Assembly: GCF_006345805.1 (NCBI RefSeq) | Contig: NC_043002.1 | Span: forward strand, 12,214,001-12,278,000 | Source of the DNA: Octopus sinensis | Taxonomy: Eukaryota | DNA length: 64,000 nucleotides | Direction of reading: 5' to 3' | Shown here: one piece after another, positions 25,308-38,159 of the stretch | How the letters are laid out: every line of letters begins with the position of its first letter | Position numbering within the stretch: position 1 is the stretch's first letter | Position numbers and translations under genes: made by a program | Notes under the pieces: generated by a model | The model's database searches: none | Told to the model about the DNA's origin: nothing | What the model saw: only the letters and a program-made list of their open reading frames with translations

Positions 25308-26122
25308 TAGGAAAACCGTACTGTTGCTTACTAAGAAAAATGAGAGAGAACGAGAGGCAGAAAAAAGGGGTGAGGGGTGAGGAAGAGATAGGAACGAAAA
25401 AGGAGAGAGAGAAAGCAAAATAGAGAAAGGTTTAAGGGTCTGGATAATGTTATATGTGACGGTGTCCCTTCGGATTGAGTGCAATAGAACAATAGCTAAC
25501 AGAATAGAAGTTAAGATTCGTATAAATGAAACAGGTTGTGATATGTTTCGAAGATGGTAGCCAGATGTTGTATTGTATGTCAAAGTGTGATGGGCAGCTG
25601 CGACATGTTAGTGGTTAGACTAGCCGTTAGATGCAGGGACAGATTTGGTCTGGTGCAGGTTGGTTTCCGAGTGTCTGCGAGCTGGTTAGCAATGTGCTTT
25701 GGGAATGAAAGACAAAGATGTATGGAACTGGTGATTGCAAAGCATTCGATTTCTTCACCAGGGATTAACAGGAAAGCCTTAAAGTGTTGTAAGCTCTGAA
25801 GTTAGCTGGAACGATAAATTCGATGAGAATTGAAAAGAGTGGTCTTCAAAACTATGCTCGGAGTGTGGTTACTATGTTTAAGGGGTTTGACATGCATATA
25901 GGGAATACACACACTGGGATGATTAAAAGAGGGAGCCAAACTAGAACTTCCTTGTTGATTGACAGATGAGTGATGTGAGTGATTGAGTGAGTGGAATTTG
26001 GATATAGAGACACTAAGTTTTAAAGTGAAATTTGAATCAAGCAAGAGTTCTTAATAGAGGAATGCCACCATTTTGAGTTGATAATTTGTATTTAGCTTTA
26101 GAATTATAGCCAACAAATTATA

Positions 26123-26294
26123 GGCGTAGGAGTGGCTGTGTGTAAGTAGCTTGCTTACCAACCACATGTTTCTGGGTTCAGTCCCACTGCGTGGCACCTT
26201 GGGCAAGTGTCTGCTACTATAGCCTCGGACCAACCAAAGCCTTGTGAGTGGATTTGGTAGAGGGAAACTGAAAGAAGCCCGTAGTATATATATG

Positions 26295-26336
<42 letters not shown>

Positions 26337-26570
26337 GTGTGTGTGTGTGTGTGTGTGTATGTTTGTGTGTCTGTGTTTGAGCTCCCAACATCACTTGACA
26401 ACCGATGCTGGTGTGTTTACGTCCCCGTAACCTAGCGGTTCAAAAAACGAGACCTATACAATAAGTACTAGGCTTCCAAAGAATAAGTCCTGGGGTCGAT
26501 TTGCTCGACTGAATGGCGCTGCTCCAGCATGGCTGGAGTCAAATGACTGAAGCAAATAAAAGGGTAAAAA
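26123..26570 (+). mobile_element. SINE family A
   Basis: Head ggcgtaggagtggctgtgt.. with A-box-like tggctgtgt and B-box-like gggttcagtccc. Internal (TA)(TG)n. Tail ccagcatggc..tgactgaa. Confidence 0.9.
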
Positions 26571-27903
26571 GATAAACGAGTAACCTGGAGAAGAGAGAAA
26601 CATTCTTTTTAAATGGTACCTATTTACTGCTAGGTACCTCGGAACATTTGAGAGTTGAGTGTTCTAGCTACGGTCTCAAAGAAGATCAGAAATCACGATA
26701 CGATCCATTGTCCTCTCCACCCGTTTTAATGCTTTCCTGTCACTCCAGTCTTCTTCATCCGCGGTAGATACCTATTATACAGTTCCTTTTCCCGAGAGAA
26801 ACAAAAAGGCCATTCCATTCACTCGGTCCATTATTCAAGACAATAACATTAGCAAATTCCCTTCAAGATTTTCCCTAAATGCATTTTGGCCTTAAGAGAT
26901 AAACACTTTCTTTATCTCTTTTTTATTTTAGGGGTATTCAATTACAAAGAAGGCTTTACGAACGAGAGGCGGCAGCTTATCACTGAATTTATAATGTGTT
27001 TAACTGAAGTAATATTATAACTCAAGCAAGTGAATTCTTATTTTTGACTTTGTCTTGAGAGTGGTATATATATTTTGGACTATATGTATTATGTAATAAG
27101 AAATGAAATAGGGTGAAGAAAATGTGATCAAGAAGGTGCGATATATCAGAAAAAAATACAAATTTTAAAACTGCATTTGGCATTTTTTTGTTTTCTTCTT
27201 TATCCAACTTTCTTCCTTGTTCTAAGCAGCTCACTGCCTCGTCAACCCCCACGCGATCTATAAACTCATCGTCAGTTCTTTGGGTCTATCTTAGTAATTA
27301 CTGAAGCCTCTTTTATGTTCATTATAATTGCAACGAAACTATCTGCTTACTAGAGTTTTGTATTCTGAATAGAGATAAAGGTTTTACTACAAACAACATT
27401 TTAATGCATCTTACTGAAAAATATATAGAACAAACAAAAAGAAGAAAGAAGAAAAGAAAAGAAAATTAGGAAAGCAGAAATAGAAGAGGTGAAAGTAGAG
27501 AGAGAAAGTTTTTGAAACTTTTCCCAAACGCATAAGAAAGTAAATAATGAAAGCCTAGAAAGGAAAAGGCGGGAATGAAAAGCATTGTATAAATAAGAGA
27601 ATCTAACCAATAAAACGCACACAGTATACATATACATATATATGTATGTATACATGTATATATATACATGCATGTATATATATGTAGATGTATACATCTG
27701 TATGTATTTACATACACATACAGGTATATTTGCATATACACACACATTAATATATAGATATTATAAGCTTACACAAGAAATAAATGCCGTAAGTTATCCA
27801 ATAAGTATATATATACGTGTGTGTGTATATGTTTACTTATATATATATATATATATCGAGACACACACCTAAATTTCATTCGATACAATTTATATATATA
27901 TAA

Positions 27904-27966
<63 letters not shown>

Positions 27967-28419
27967 TACATCTGTGCGTGTATGTATCTACGCATGTATA
28001 TCAATGGGGGTCGTTTTGACATTGTTCCCGCTTTTACATTAAAATATGTACAGGTAATTGTCTGGACCTGAAATGCTCATCGCTTCTTCGCTTCTATGAA
28101 ATTCAATCCTTTACAATCCAATAAGTTAGTAAAGTAGCCAAAAACCTAGCAAGGAATTGATACCTTTGTTTCTTATTTCATTATTATAATGAATAATGAT
28201 GGTTGCCTTTTGATTATTTGTTGAATTTCTTTATGTGTTCCTTCTTACTTTCGCTATATATCTTTTTTTTTCCTTTCTACTTCCAACACTTCCCCTACCA
28301 TAGGTTTCTAATATATTCATCATGAATCAAACAAACAAACAAACACAGCAATACCACGTAAAAAGGCAGTCTACAAAGGAAGCCCAACCTCTACGTTTTG
28401 TCAATCACCAAGCTTCATT

Positions 28420-28440
28420 TTAATAATAGTAATAATAATA

Positions 28441-28503
<63 letters not shown>

Positions 28504-28546
28504 TGAAAACAAAGAAATGGTGACATGCTGTTTAAGATGGTGATGG

Positions 28547-28590
<44 letters not shown>

Positions 28591-28960
28591 GTGACGAGTT
28601 AGGAAACGTCATGCACCTTCAACAAAAAGACCAAAAAAAAATAGAAAACAAACAGAAAAATGAATTTAGCAAAGCCAAAAGCCCTTATCAGACATTTCTA
28701 CTGAAGTCAACAAAATGAAAACAAGCAAAGAAACGTGAAGCATATAATATAATCATAATAATGATAATAATTATAATCAAGCGGAGGAGTTATGAGAAGG
28801 ATTAAATATACGAGTTCCATTAAAACAGTAGAACTACTATAATAATAATAATAATAACAAGGGGAATACTACACCTGCTACTACTAATAATACTAATAAT
28901 GGTATTAGCAATGACAATAACAACCACAGCAGTGATATTAATAAAACAATAATAATAATG

Positions 28961-28994
<34 letters not shown>

Positions 28995-29031
28995 CAACAA
29001 TAATAATAATAATAACAACAACAACAACAAC

Positions 29032-29079
<48 letters not shown>

Positions 29080-29133
29080 CATAATAACAACAACGATAAT
29101 AACAGTAGTAGAAATAACAACAGTAATAATAAT

Positions 29134-29186
<53 letters not shown>

Positions 29187-29246
29187 TAATAATGACGATG
29201 ATGACGATGATGATGATAATGGAGATGATAATGATAATAAATAATA

Positions 29247-29319
<73 letters not shown>

Positions 29320-29325
29320 TAAAGC
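28420..29325 (+). repeat. (AAT)n and (GAT)n microsatellite tracts
   Basis: Direct reading. Confidence 0.95.
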
Positions 29326-29605
29326 CATAAGGGCGAGGGATGAGGGGAATAATAATGAGAGCGCCTCGTTTAATTCTTAGATCTAGTTAATGCCTAAAAT
29401 ATCAGAAGCCACTGCAACATACTAGGGAAAGAAAGAGTCAAAAGAATAATGATATTTAAAAGTAAAAATAATAATAAAAAATTTAAAAAACAACACAAAA
29501 GCAAGCAAAACAAGGACACTATTAATGGATGCATTTTGTTTAATTTTATTTGGTAGCTTTTTGTTTGTTTTATTTTTGGAGTTTTACATTGTTGATTTTT
29601 TTAAA

Positions 29606-29636
<31 letters not shown>

Positions 29637-30267
29637 TTTGTTTCTGCGTTCTTTACCATTCTTCTTTTTGTTACACGATTGTTGCTATTAGGGGTGGACG
29701 AATATAAAGAACGGTGGTAAATGAGAAGGGGTATATTTCTCAGATCTCTCCCAGCTTACTGATACATCCTATTGAAAAGGGATTCCATTGATGTAGTTTT
29801 TCGTTCTTGCAATCGCAATGAAAAATCACGCCATTTTCATTCAGGATTTGCTATATATGACGAAGATCATTATAGAACAGCATTCTTAATTCTGGAGATT
29901 AAAAGCTAAATCGTAAGAGTTATTGTGAATCGTGCATGCGGTAGCAAAAAAAAGAAAAAAAAAAAAGAGAAAAAAGAAACTAAATCGCCACCACCGCAGC
30001 CACTACCAACAACGCCACCACCTTCATCATCGTCATCTTCGCTGTCGTCATCGTCGATATTTCGTCGTCATCATGTCATCATCATCAACATCGTCATCAT
30101 AATCACCATCATCATCATCATCATCACCAACATAATCATCATCATCATCATTTTCAACTTCATCGTCTTCATCCTCATCATCATCATCATCATGACGATC
30201 ATCATCTGTAGTGCAGCAGCAGCAGTAGTAGTAGTAGTAGTAGTTGTTGTTGATGTTGTAGTAGTAA

Positions 30268-30305
<38 letters not shown>

Positions 30306-30579
30306 ATAGTAGTAGTAGTAGTAGTTGTAGTAGCGACAAAACAATGTTAACATTCCCTAGGAGTAAAATGATTTTTATGATAATATTTTTTTTTTAAATG
30401 GTGCTAAGAGACATTTCCGAATTGCGACTAAAAACATCAAAACTCTAGGCGCAAATTCCGGTATGTGTTTCTGCATTAAGGGGCGATTGCGGGATATACT
30501 GTAACACATTTACCTATGAAAAACCGCAATGCATTCGCATACATATATATATATATATATATATGTATATGATAGTTCG

Positions 30580-30770
30580 TTAGCCACTACACACATTTTC
30601 ATCTCAAGTTTCTTTCCTTGTTTTTTCTGTGTAGAAGAGCGTAGACTCGAAACGTAAAAGACTTTTTCTATTCCTGAGCGTTATACTAATACATCTGTTT
30701 GCTTTGTACACCACCTGTCTTTGTCTTTTGTTTTTTTTCGTAAACTCTCCCTATTGATATATATATATAC
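30580..30770 (+). mobile_element. Short (TA)n-flanked element with a degenerate hammerhead-like motif (probable PLE pLTR remnant)
   Basis: GAA-GAGC(gtag)ACTC-GAAACGTA at ~30634-30656 resembles stem II plus GAAA plus a palindromic ACGU. The CUGANGA box is degenerate. Flanked by (TA)n on both sides. Confidence 0.45.
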
Positions 30771-30789
30771 GTAACGTATATATGTATAT

Positions 30790-31070
30790 AAATCAGCCTG
30801 GATTTCGGAGGCCCACAGCTTTTTAATATTTTCTCAAAAAGCCTGAGGGACCTACACAAAGTGGATTTAGATGTTTTCAAAACAAAGCTGGGTCTCTTCC
30901 TGTTAAGAGTCCCAAAGGAAGCTACCTCGCGGCAGGAGGTGCAAATGAGGGTCGCGACATCAACTCCCTTATTCACCAAATGACACATATAGGAAGAGGC
31001 TCTTCAATAATAACAGTGTAGCAAAACGGTGGTATCCCAGCATGGCCGCAGCACTGGGCCAAAACTGATA
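30790..31070 (+). mobile_element. CR1-group LINE 3' end (ORF2 C-terminus plus 3'UTR)
   Basis: From 30795 reads SLDFGGPQLFNIFSKSLRDLHKVDLDVFKTKLGLFLLRVP, resembling the CR1 GP.LFN.LP..FK..LD.FL..VP terminus. Followed by a short UTR and (TA)n. Confidence 0.65.
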
Positions 31071-31089
31071 ATATATATATATCTGTGTG

Positions 31090-31126
<37 letters not shown>

Positions 31127-31259
31127 GTATGTATGCATTTATGCATGTATGTATATATGTTAATTCATCCCGGAAGGGAGAATAAGCCAGCAATAAAGGC
31201 AATCATACTCTCTGCTCCCAACCCCTCTGTTATAATCTCATTCACATTTATATCATGTA

Positions 31260-31314
<55 letters not shown>

Positions 31315-31579
31315 ACAGAACCCTTTAAAATATGAAAGTGAAAGAATTGAAGCAGAGTTAGAGAAGGGAGAGTGCGTCGCTGATGAGGTCACGATCGACG
31401 AAGAAGGGACTTTGACAAAACTAGCAGAATGATTGATTCACTGACCGATTGGTTAACAAACCGTCGGTCGGTTAATTGATTGAACGGTTAACAAAGGGAC
31501 TAATAATAATTGTAATAGTAATAATGAATAAATGAATGAATAAATACATAAAAATAATAATATCAATAATAAAAATAGC

Positions 31580-31633
<54 letters not shown>

Positions 31634-31634
<1 letters not shown>

Positions 31635-32045
31635 GTTGTCAGAGATCACGAAGAAAAAAAATGCTTTCTAATTGATGTATCAATACCGGCAGATGACAAC
31701 ATGTCTCTAAAAGAAATGGAGAAACTCTCAAAATACAAAGACCTGGAAATAGAGGTAACTAGAATGTGGAATCTGAAAACAGAAACAATTCCTATCATAG
31801 TAGGTGCATTAGGCATGATAAAAAAATATTCAGACAAATACATAACAAAAACACCAGGACTTACAAACACATATAACATACAGAAAATTGCACTACTAGG
31901 CACTGCACACATCCTACGCAGAACACTTTCCATACAATAACCATCAGAGCATCACAACAAATCACAGCACATACCCAAGGCACACAGAGCTGCGCTCGGT
32001 AGTGAAGTGAAAGCACGCTATAAAAATAAAACTACTGAATAATAA
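31634..32045 (+). mobile_element. R4/Dong-clade retrotransposon, subfamily 1, 3' end
   Basis: ORF 31536..31940 ends VVRDHEEKKCFLIDVSIP..KEMEKLSKYKDLEIEVTRMWNLKTETIPIIVGALG (PD-(D/E)xK RLE). The 3'UTR runs into (AAT)n. Confidence 0.9.
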
Positions 32046-32053
32046 TAATAATA

Positions 32054-32091
<38 letters not shown>

Positions 32092-32095
32092 AATG

Positions 32096-32144
<49 letters not shown>

Positions 32145-32199
32145 TGATGATGATAATTATAATAATAATAATAATAATGATGATGATGATGATGATGAT

Positions 32200-32525
32200 G
32201 ATTGTAGGATCTCTAGGAATGATAAAAAAAGGTACTGAAACCTATTTGAAAGTGATACCAGGCTTACCATCCCTACAAGAAGTGCAAAATTCCTGTTAAC
32301 TGGAACGACTCATGTACTGAGAAGAGCATTATCGGTGTGAAAACAGCATCCATTCATGAATTTATTTATTTATTTAATTCTTTTAAATACATATTTTACC
32401 TGTGAATTTGCGTGTGTAATCTGGGAATGCATACAATGATCTTCTCTGCCCTAGGTGTACGGAAAACACTCGGCGAGAAATGGAAGAAAATTTGAAGAAA
32501 GAAGGGAAAAACTACAACAACAACA
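32200..32525 (+). mobile_element. R4/Dong-clade retrotransposon, subfamily 2, 3' end
   Basis: IVGSLGMIKKGTETYLKVIPGLPSLQEVQ, with a 3'UTR shared with the 21170 copy and an (AAC)(AAT)n tail. Confidence 0.8.
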
Positions 32526-32660
32526 ACAACAACAATAATAATAATAATAACATTCTACTCCTCATTTCGAGCATTTAATGACATTTACGTTTTGTTACGT
32601 CCTGTACACATATATGCATATATATATATGTATATGTATGTACATATATGCACATATATA

Positions 32661-32701
<41 letters not shown>

Positions 32702-32709
<8 letters not shown>

Positions 32710-32909
32710 GAAATATTAAAATTACTAAGTCTCTCTAAAAGAGAACAGCGGCAGCGTTCCCGGAAAATAATAGTTATCGCCATACTAATATGGCATTCTT
32801 ATAAAATAAGAATAAAGCTGTCCGCTTATTAGCTCCATGGAGCTAATAAGCGGACAGCTTTATTCTTATTTTTATAAGAATGCCATATTAGTATGGCGAT
32901 AACTATTAT
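32702..32909 (+). repeat. (TA)n-flanked leader plus loopless ~143-bp palindrome (32767-32909, centre CCATGG)
   Basis: Arms identical except one A in a homopolymer. Confidence 0.95.
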
Positions 32910-33363
32910 ATATATATATATACATATATAATATATATTGTTATATGATTAAATGCTACGCATCCATTCATTCCAAGTATGCTTATATAAATATATAAGG
33001 AAGGTTAGTAGAGTTAGAGGTTGGAATATCCGTCTAAGGGATAAAAGTATCGATTATACTTCCGGTTTAATAACATATGTTAACCCTGGACATACATATG
33101 CAAGAATGTTAGGCTCATAGATTACAAGCAATGACAAAGGGAAACATGAGTATACCTATTGCCAACTACCAACCACCTATTGCTCGTAATGAGATTGACC
33201 AAGGCAATATAATTTTTTAGGATATCAATGCCAATGCCATATAACATTGGAAGCAGAAACAGCTGTTAGATGGGATGCAGTCTATTTGTATTGAATTAAA
33301 AAAAAACAATAATTGATGTAAGTCAATTGTTGTTGATCAATATTTCTCCATTTTCTCTCTACT

Positions 33364-33429
<66 letters not shown>

Positions 33430-33496
33430 TGTGTGTGTGTGTGGTGTGTGTGTGTGTGTGTGTACAGAGCGAGAGATTGCTAGATATAGATGTGAG

Positions 33497-33552
<56 letters not shown>

Positions 33553-33576
33553 CATACAATATATACATAATATATA

Positions 33577-33810
33577 TACAAAATTAAGAGGAATGACCAC
33601 TAAAGGCCACACCTATGCTTAACATAGACGTTAATCGCCATTACCTGGAAGAGTCGTGGTAATGGCAATTTGACGCTTATGTTTAGCGCATTAGGTGTCC
33701 ACTTTAGTGGTTATTCTTCTTAAATTTTTGTATGTAACAATTTTATATCTTCAGATTTTTTCAATATCCTAAGCCACTGGTTTTAATTGATTAGTATCAA
33801 TTTTTACTTA

Positions 33811-33812
<2 letters not shown>
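33577..33812 (-). repeat. (TA)n-flanked imperfect ~70-bp inverted repeat (33577-33645 / 33658-33732) plus leader
   Basis: Arms align with scattered substitutions and indels; 12-nt loop. Confidence 0.9.
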
Positions 33813-33863
<51 letters not shown>

Positions 33864-33879
33864 TTATTAATATATATAT

Positions 33880-34015
33880 GTGAGTGGATTATGTAGGCGG
33901 AAACTGGAAGAAGTCCGTCGTATATATGTATATGTTAATGTATGTGTGTGTGTGTGTGTGTGTGTGTTTGTGTGTGTTCCCCAACATCGCTTGACAACCG
34001 GTGGCGGTGTGTTTA
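33880..34015 (+). mobile_element. SINE family A internal fragment
   Basis: gagtggatt..ggaaactggaagaagtccgtcg + (TG)n + cccaacatcgcttgacaaccg. Confidence 0.65.
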
Positions 34016-34483
34016 TGTATGCATGTATGTATATATGTATGTTTGTATGCATGTACGCATGTATGTTTGTATGTATGTATGTATGTATGTACAAACAATT
34101 CTTGACCTGGATGATAAAAGAAATAATTGATCGTTAAATCAAGTAACAGAATAAATGCTATCCGTGAAGATTGCATTTCAGCATGGCCGCAGGGGCAATG
34201 GCTGAAGCCAATGAACTAATAAGAGTACATAGTATTGATGTTACTTGCAGTGGAGTTGGTTGTGGAATCGTGGGGATGGTGGTGGTTTTATTATTGTTGG
34301 TGGCGGTGGTGATGGTCGCGGCAGTGGTGGTCATGGTGCGGGTGGTTGAGATGGCGGTCTGTATGTGTTTTCACGCATATGTTTGTCCAGGGGATTCCAG
34401 TGTTGATGTCGGGGATAATAATGGCGGTGAATTTGAAGAATAGGAATTTAATCAATTGGTTTCGATATCGATATTGATATGTC

Positions 34484-34625
<142 letters not shown>

Positions 34626-34715
34626 GATGATTATGACAATGATCTGTGATGCTGGAGAAGGCAGCAGTCACAGTTGTGGAAGTGGCGAAAGCAATGTTGG
34701 CAGCGATGGCGGTGT

Positions 34716-35260
34716 GGAGGCACAATGGTCCAGTGGTTAGGGCAGCGGACTCGCGGTCGTAAGAACGCGGTTTCGATTCCTAGACCGGGCATTGTGAGTG
34801 TTTAATGAGCAAAAACACCTAAGCTCCACGAGGCTAAAGCGGGGTAGGGAGGGGAACCCCGCTGTGCTTTTCCCCACAACTTTCTCTCACTCTGTCTTCC
34901 TACTTCTGCCACAAAGCAGACGACCCACGGTGTAACCCACTATGGTGTGGTAAACTTTCAGACCCTAGTCTAGATTGCGAATCCTTTGTACCCCAGGATC
35001 GTTCAGCTCTCCGCTCGTGAAAAGTCACCGATTACGGAATGAGGATAACAACGTAGCTTTCGCACCCGTGCAACCGCCAGTCTATCGCTTGTGGTGGGTG
35101 GATCTTCAAGTTGCCACACGCATTCTTAGTAGCTTAGAGTAGGCTCGAATTAGAGATTATTCTTTGTAGCTAATGGCGTGAGTCCTGATTGGAAGAAGAA
35201 GAAGAAGAGAAGAAGAAGAAGAAGAAGAAGACGAAGAAGAAGAAGAAGAAGTAGAAGAAG
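34716..35260 (+). mobile_element. SINE family C, tail type 2, ending in (GAA)n
   Basis: Colinear with the 10579 copy. Confidence 0.88.
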
Positions 35261-35473
35261 CGATGGCGGTGGCGTTGGTGGTGGTGGTGGTTGTGGTGCG
35301 AGTAATGGCAATATGTTGCAGATGACAGTGATGACGATGTAACGATGAGAATGATGATGATGAAGATGATGATGATGATGACGACAATCGTGTTAGTTAC
35401 CATAATACTGCTAATGATGACGATAAAGGTGACGATAACGATGATGATGATGATGATGATGACGACGACGATT

Positions 35474-35513
<40 letters not shown>

Positions 35514-36107
35514 CGATGATGACAACATCGAATACGACGACATTGATGATGATGATGATGGTAATGATGATGATGATGAAGGGGAGGAGGAGGAGGAGAA
35601 AGAAGTGGAGGAAGGGGAAATGGAGGAGTGTGACGAAACTCCTGCTGTGGCGGCAAAGCAGATTACTTCAACGATGGTGACGACGACGACGACATTGCTT
35701 ATAATGAAGATGGTGGTACCGATAATGTTGATAATGACTGTAGGGGTGGGTTTGGCGGTGTTGTTATGGTTAGTGAATATGGAGGTGGCGAAGACGATGT
35801 CTTACAATTCGTCAATATGATTTTTTTACTAATTGTTATTCATTATCGATGCAGTTATTTTATTATTGAGATTGTTATTGTAAATGTTGATTTTGTTGCT
35901 GTTGTTGTCCATCTGCTTCGTCAAATTCCTCCTTACGACTACTACCAATACCAACGCCATCACCACCACCACCTCCGCCTCTCCCACTACTACTTCTACT
36001 ATTCTACAACTGCACCTACTAATAATGCTATTAAAATACTGCTTCTACTACTGCTGCTGCTGCTGTTGCTACTGATGATGATGATGAGGGAGATGATGAT
36101 GATGACA

Positions 36108-36652
36108 GATGCAGTACCAGGCAGTGGCTCTCATAGCTTCTGATTTTAACTGATTGGAAGTGTTATCATGTACATTGTTTTGTCTTGGTATAAAAGATGG
36201 GCTACAGCAAATATTCTGCTCAATACCACAGATTTGCTTGTCAGTTGTTTGACCTTAACCAGTTGAGCATGTCCCTTAGTGGCTGACGATATGTGCATCT
36301 CTGATCACGAGCAGAAGTAGTGGGGGGACCATCATAGCCATGTGTTGAGAGGAATTCTTTGGGGTGCGGGTAATTCACCTCTGGAAACATGGGTGCTTCA
36401 TGCAACATCCTTAAACAATGCTTATTCAGGGATCTTTTGAACGGCATCTGCTACTAGACCTGCAGAAAATTGTAACTGGGCCCCACCTGCAAGGTCATGC
36501 ATTGTTGATTTTGATAAGAGATCACCATGTCGCACATAAGTTTGTTATGCATGTGCCTGGGGAACACCTATCACATGGGTAGTCATGATGAGTATTTTTC
36601 GTATATTTTACACCGGTGTCACTCTGAGGGCAAGCACTGCTCTCTAACTCGA
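36108..36652 (+). mobile_element. Element E, second full copy
   Basis: Homologous to 21614-22150. Preceded by (GAT)n and followed by (GAT)n(AAT)n. Confidence 0.75.
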
Positions 36653-36677
36653 TGATGATGATGATGATGATGATAAC

Positions 36678-36715
<38 letters not shown>

Positions 36716-36720
<5 letters not shown>

Positions 36721-37385
36721 GAATAGACGAAGCAAAATCTCAACAATGACTGAGAAACTCATGACTTGAGGCTGAGACTGAAGGATTTTTAATTGCAACA
36801 CAAGACCAAAGCCAGAAATTACCGAAAATATATAATGAAAAGAAACATAACAAGTAACTGCTGAATATGTGGAGATGGACAAGAAACAATAAATCATACT
36901 ATCTCTGGCTGCCTAGTCTTGGATAAGAAGGAATTTATTCACAGACACGACAGATTTGGGACCTACATACACTGGAAGCTATTACCAACAGTATGGAATA
37001 ACAACAGAAAAAAGATGGTATAGGCACACACCAGAAAAGGTCACAGAAAAGGAGAAAGCAACCATACTCTTGGATATGCCGATACACACAGATAGAGAAA
37101 TTAAGGCCAACAGACCAGATATAGTTGTCAGAGATCATGAAGAAAATATGCTTTCCAATAGATGTATCAATACCGGCAGATGACAACGTGTCTCTAAAAG
37201 AAATGGAGAAACTCTCAAAATACAAAGACCTGGAAATAGAATTAACTCGAATACGAAGTCTAATAACAGAAAAAATTCCTATCATAGTGGGCGCATTTGG
37301 TATGATAAAAAAATATTCGAATACATAACAAAAACACTAGGACTAACAAGTATATATAACATACAGAAAATAACACTACTAGACA
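36716..37385 (+). mobile_element. R4/Dong-clade retrotransposon, subfamily 1, CCHC plus RLE region
   Basis: L.AETEGFLIATQDQ-like segment, then ICGDGQETINH and KATILLDMPIHTDREIKANRPDIVVRDHEE..KYKDLEIE. Starts immediately after (AAT)n. Confidence 0.85.
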
Positions 37386-38110
37386 CCAAACTTTGGCCAC
37401 GAACTGAAGGGTCAATCTTAGGAATGAGCAAGTGCCTCTGCTGTGTCGCATCGGCAATAGAGTGGATGAAACCATGGCCCATATCATGAAAGTCTGCCGT
37501 AGACTTGCCCAAAACCACTACAAGTTGTGGCGTCATAATTAGCTAGCGAGAGTGCTACATTGGAAAGTGTGTGAAAAATGAGGGCTAGAGAGAGGCAAGA
37601 CGTGGTATGAGCAGAAACCGCAGTGAGTGGCGGAGTCGGAGAGTAGCAAAATCCTCTGTGATTTCCCAGTCCAAAAAGATCAGTTGCTCGAGTATAATAG
37701 ACCGGACCTAATGGTGGTGGACAAGGTGCACCACATATGCTACATATTTGATGTGCGAGCCCGTTTGACCCACGAATAGTCAAGAAGAAAGGCGAAAAAA
37801 TAGGTAGATGCAACCCTCTTATGTAAGAAATAGCCTGGCTATGGAAAATGAAGGTGAAGATAGTGCCAATTATTGTTGGGGCCTTGGAAACAGTATCAGA
37901 AAGCATCACGTGGAATATAAAGGAAATTGGAATAAAGTGCCCAGTAGAACTGTTACAAAAGTTTGCCTCCTTGTCACGGTCAGAATAATCAGGAAAGCAT
38001 TAGATAGCTGAAAAGAATGGATAGCATGGTACCGTAGGCTGCAGGTAATAAGTCCGCTACGCATGCAAGTCCCCAAGAGCTCCAACAAAACCTATGATAA
38101 AGAGAAAAAA
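37385..38110 (+). mobile_element. R4/Dong-clade retrotransposon, subfamily 3, decayed CCHC plus RLE plus 3'UTR
   Basis: Reads LLCRIGNRVDETMAHIMKVC (CCHC-like)..LHWKVCEK..WYEQKP..NRPDLMVVDK..KIVPIIVGALET with stops. Ends in (AAT)n. Confidence 0.7.
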
Positions 38111-38159
38111 ATAATAATAACAATAATAAAATTATAAAATGTAAAAGTGAGTAATGAAG

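Noticed and set aside
25300-26050. Complex sequence possibly from a decayed CR1/L2 LINE (also 26620-26780)
   Set aside because: No convincing RT or endonuclease motif could be read in any frame.
26900-27010. Candidate exon after a polypyrimidine tract-AG (~26931)
   Set aside because: No good donor, stops in most frames, and no recognisable peptide.
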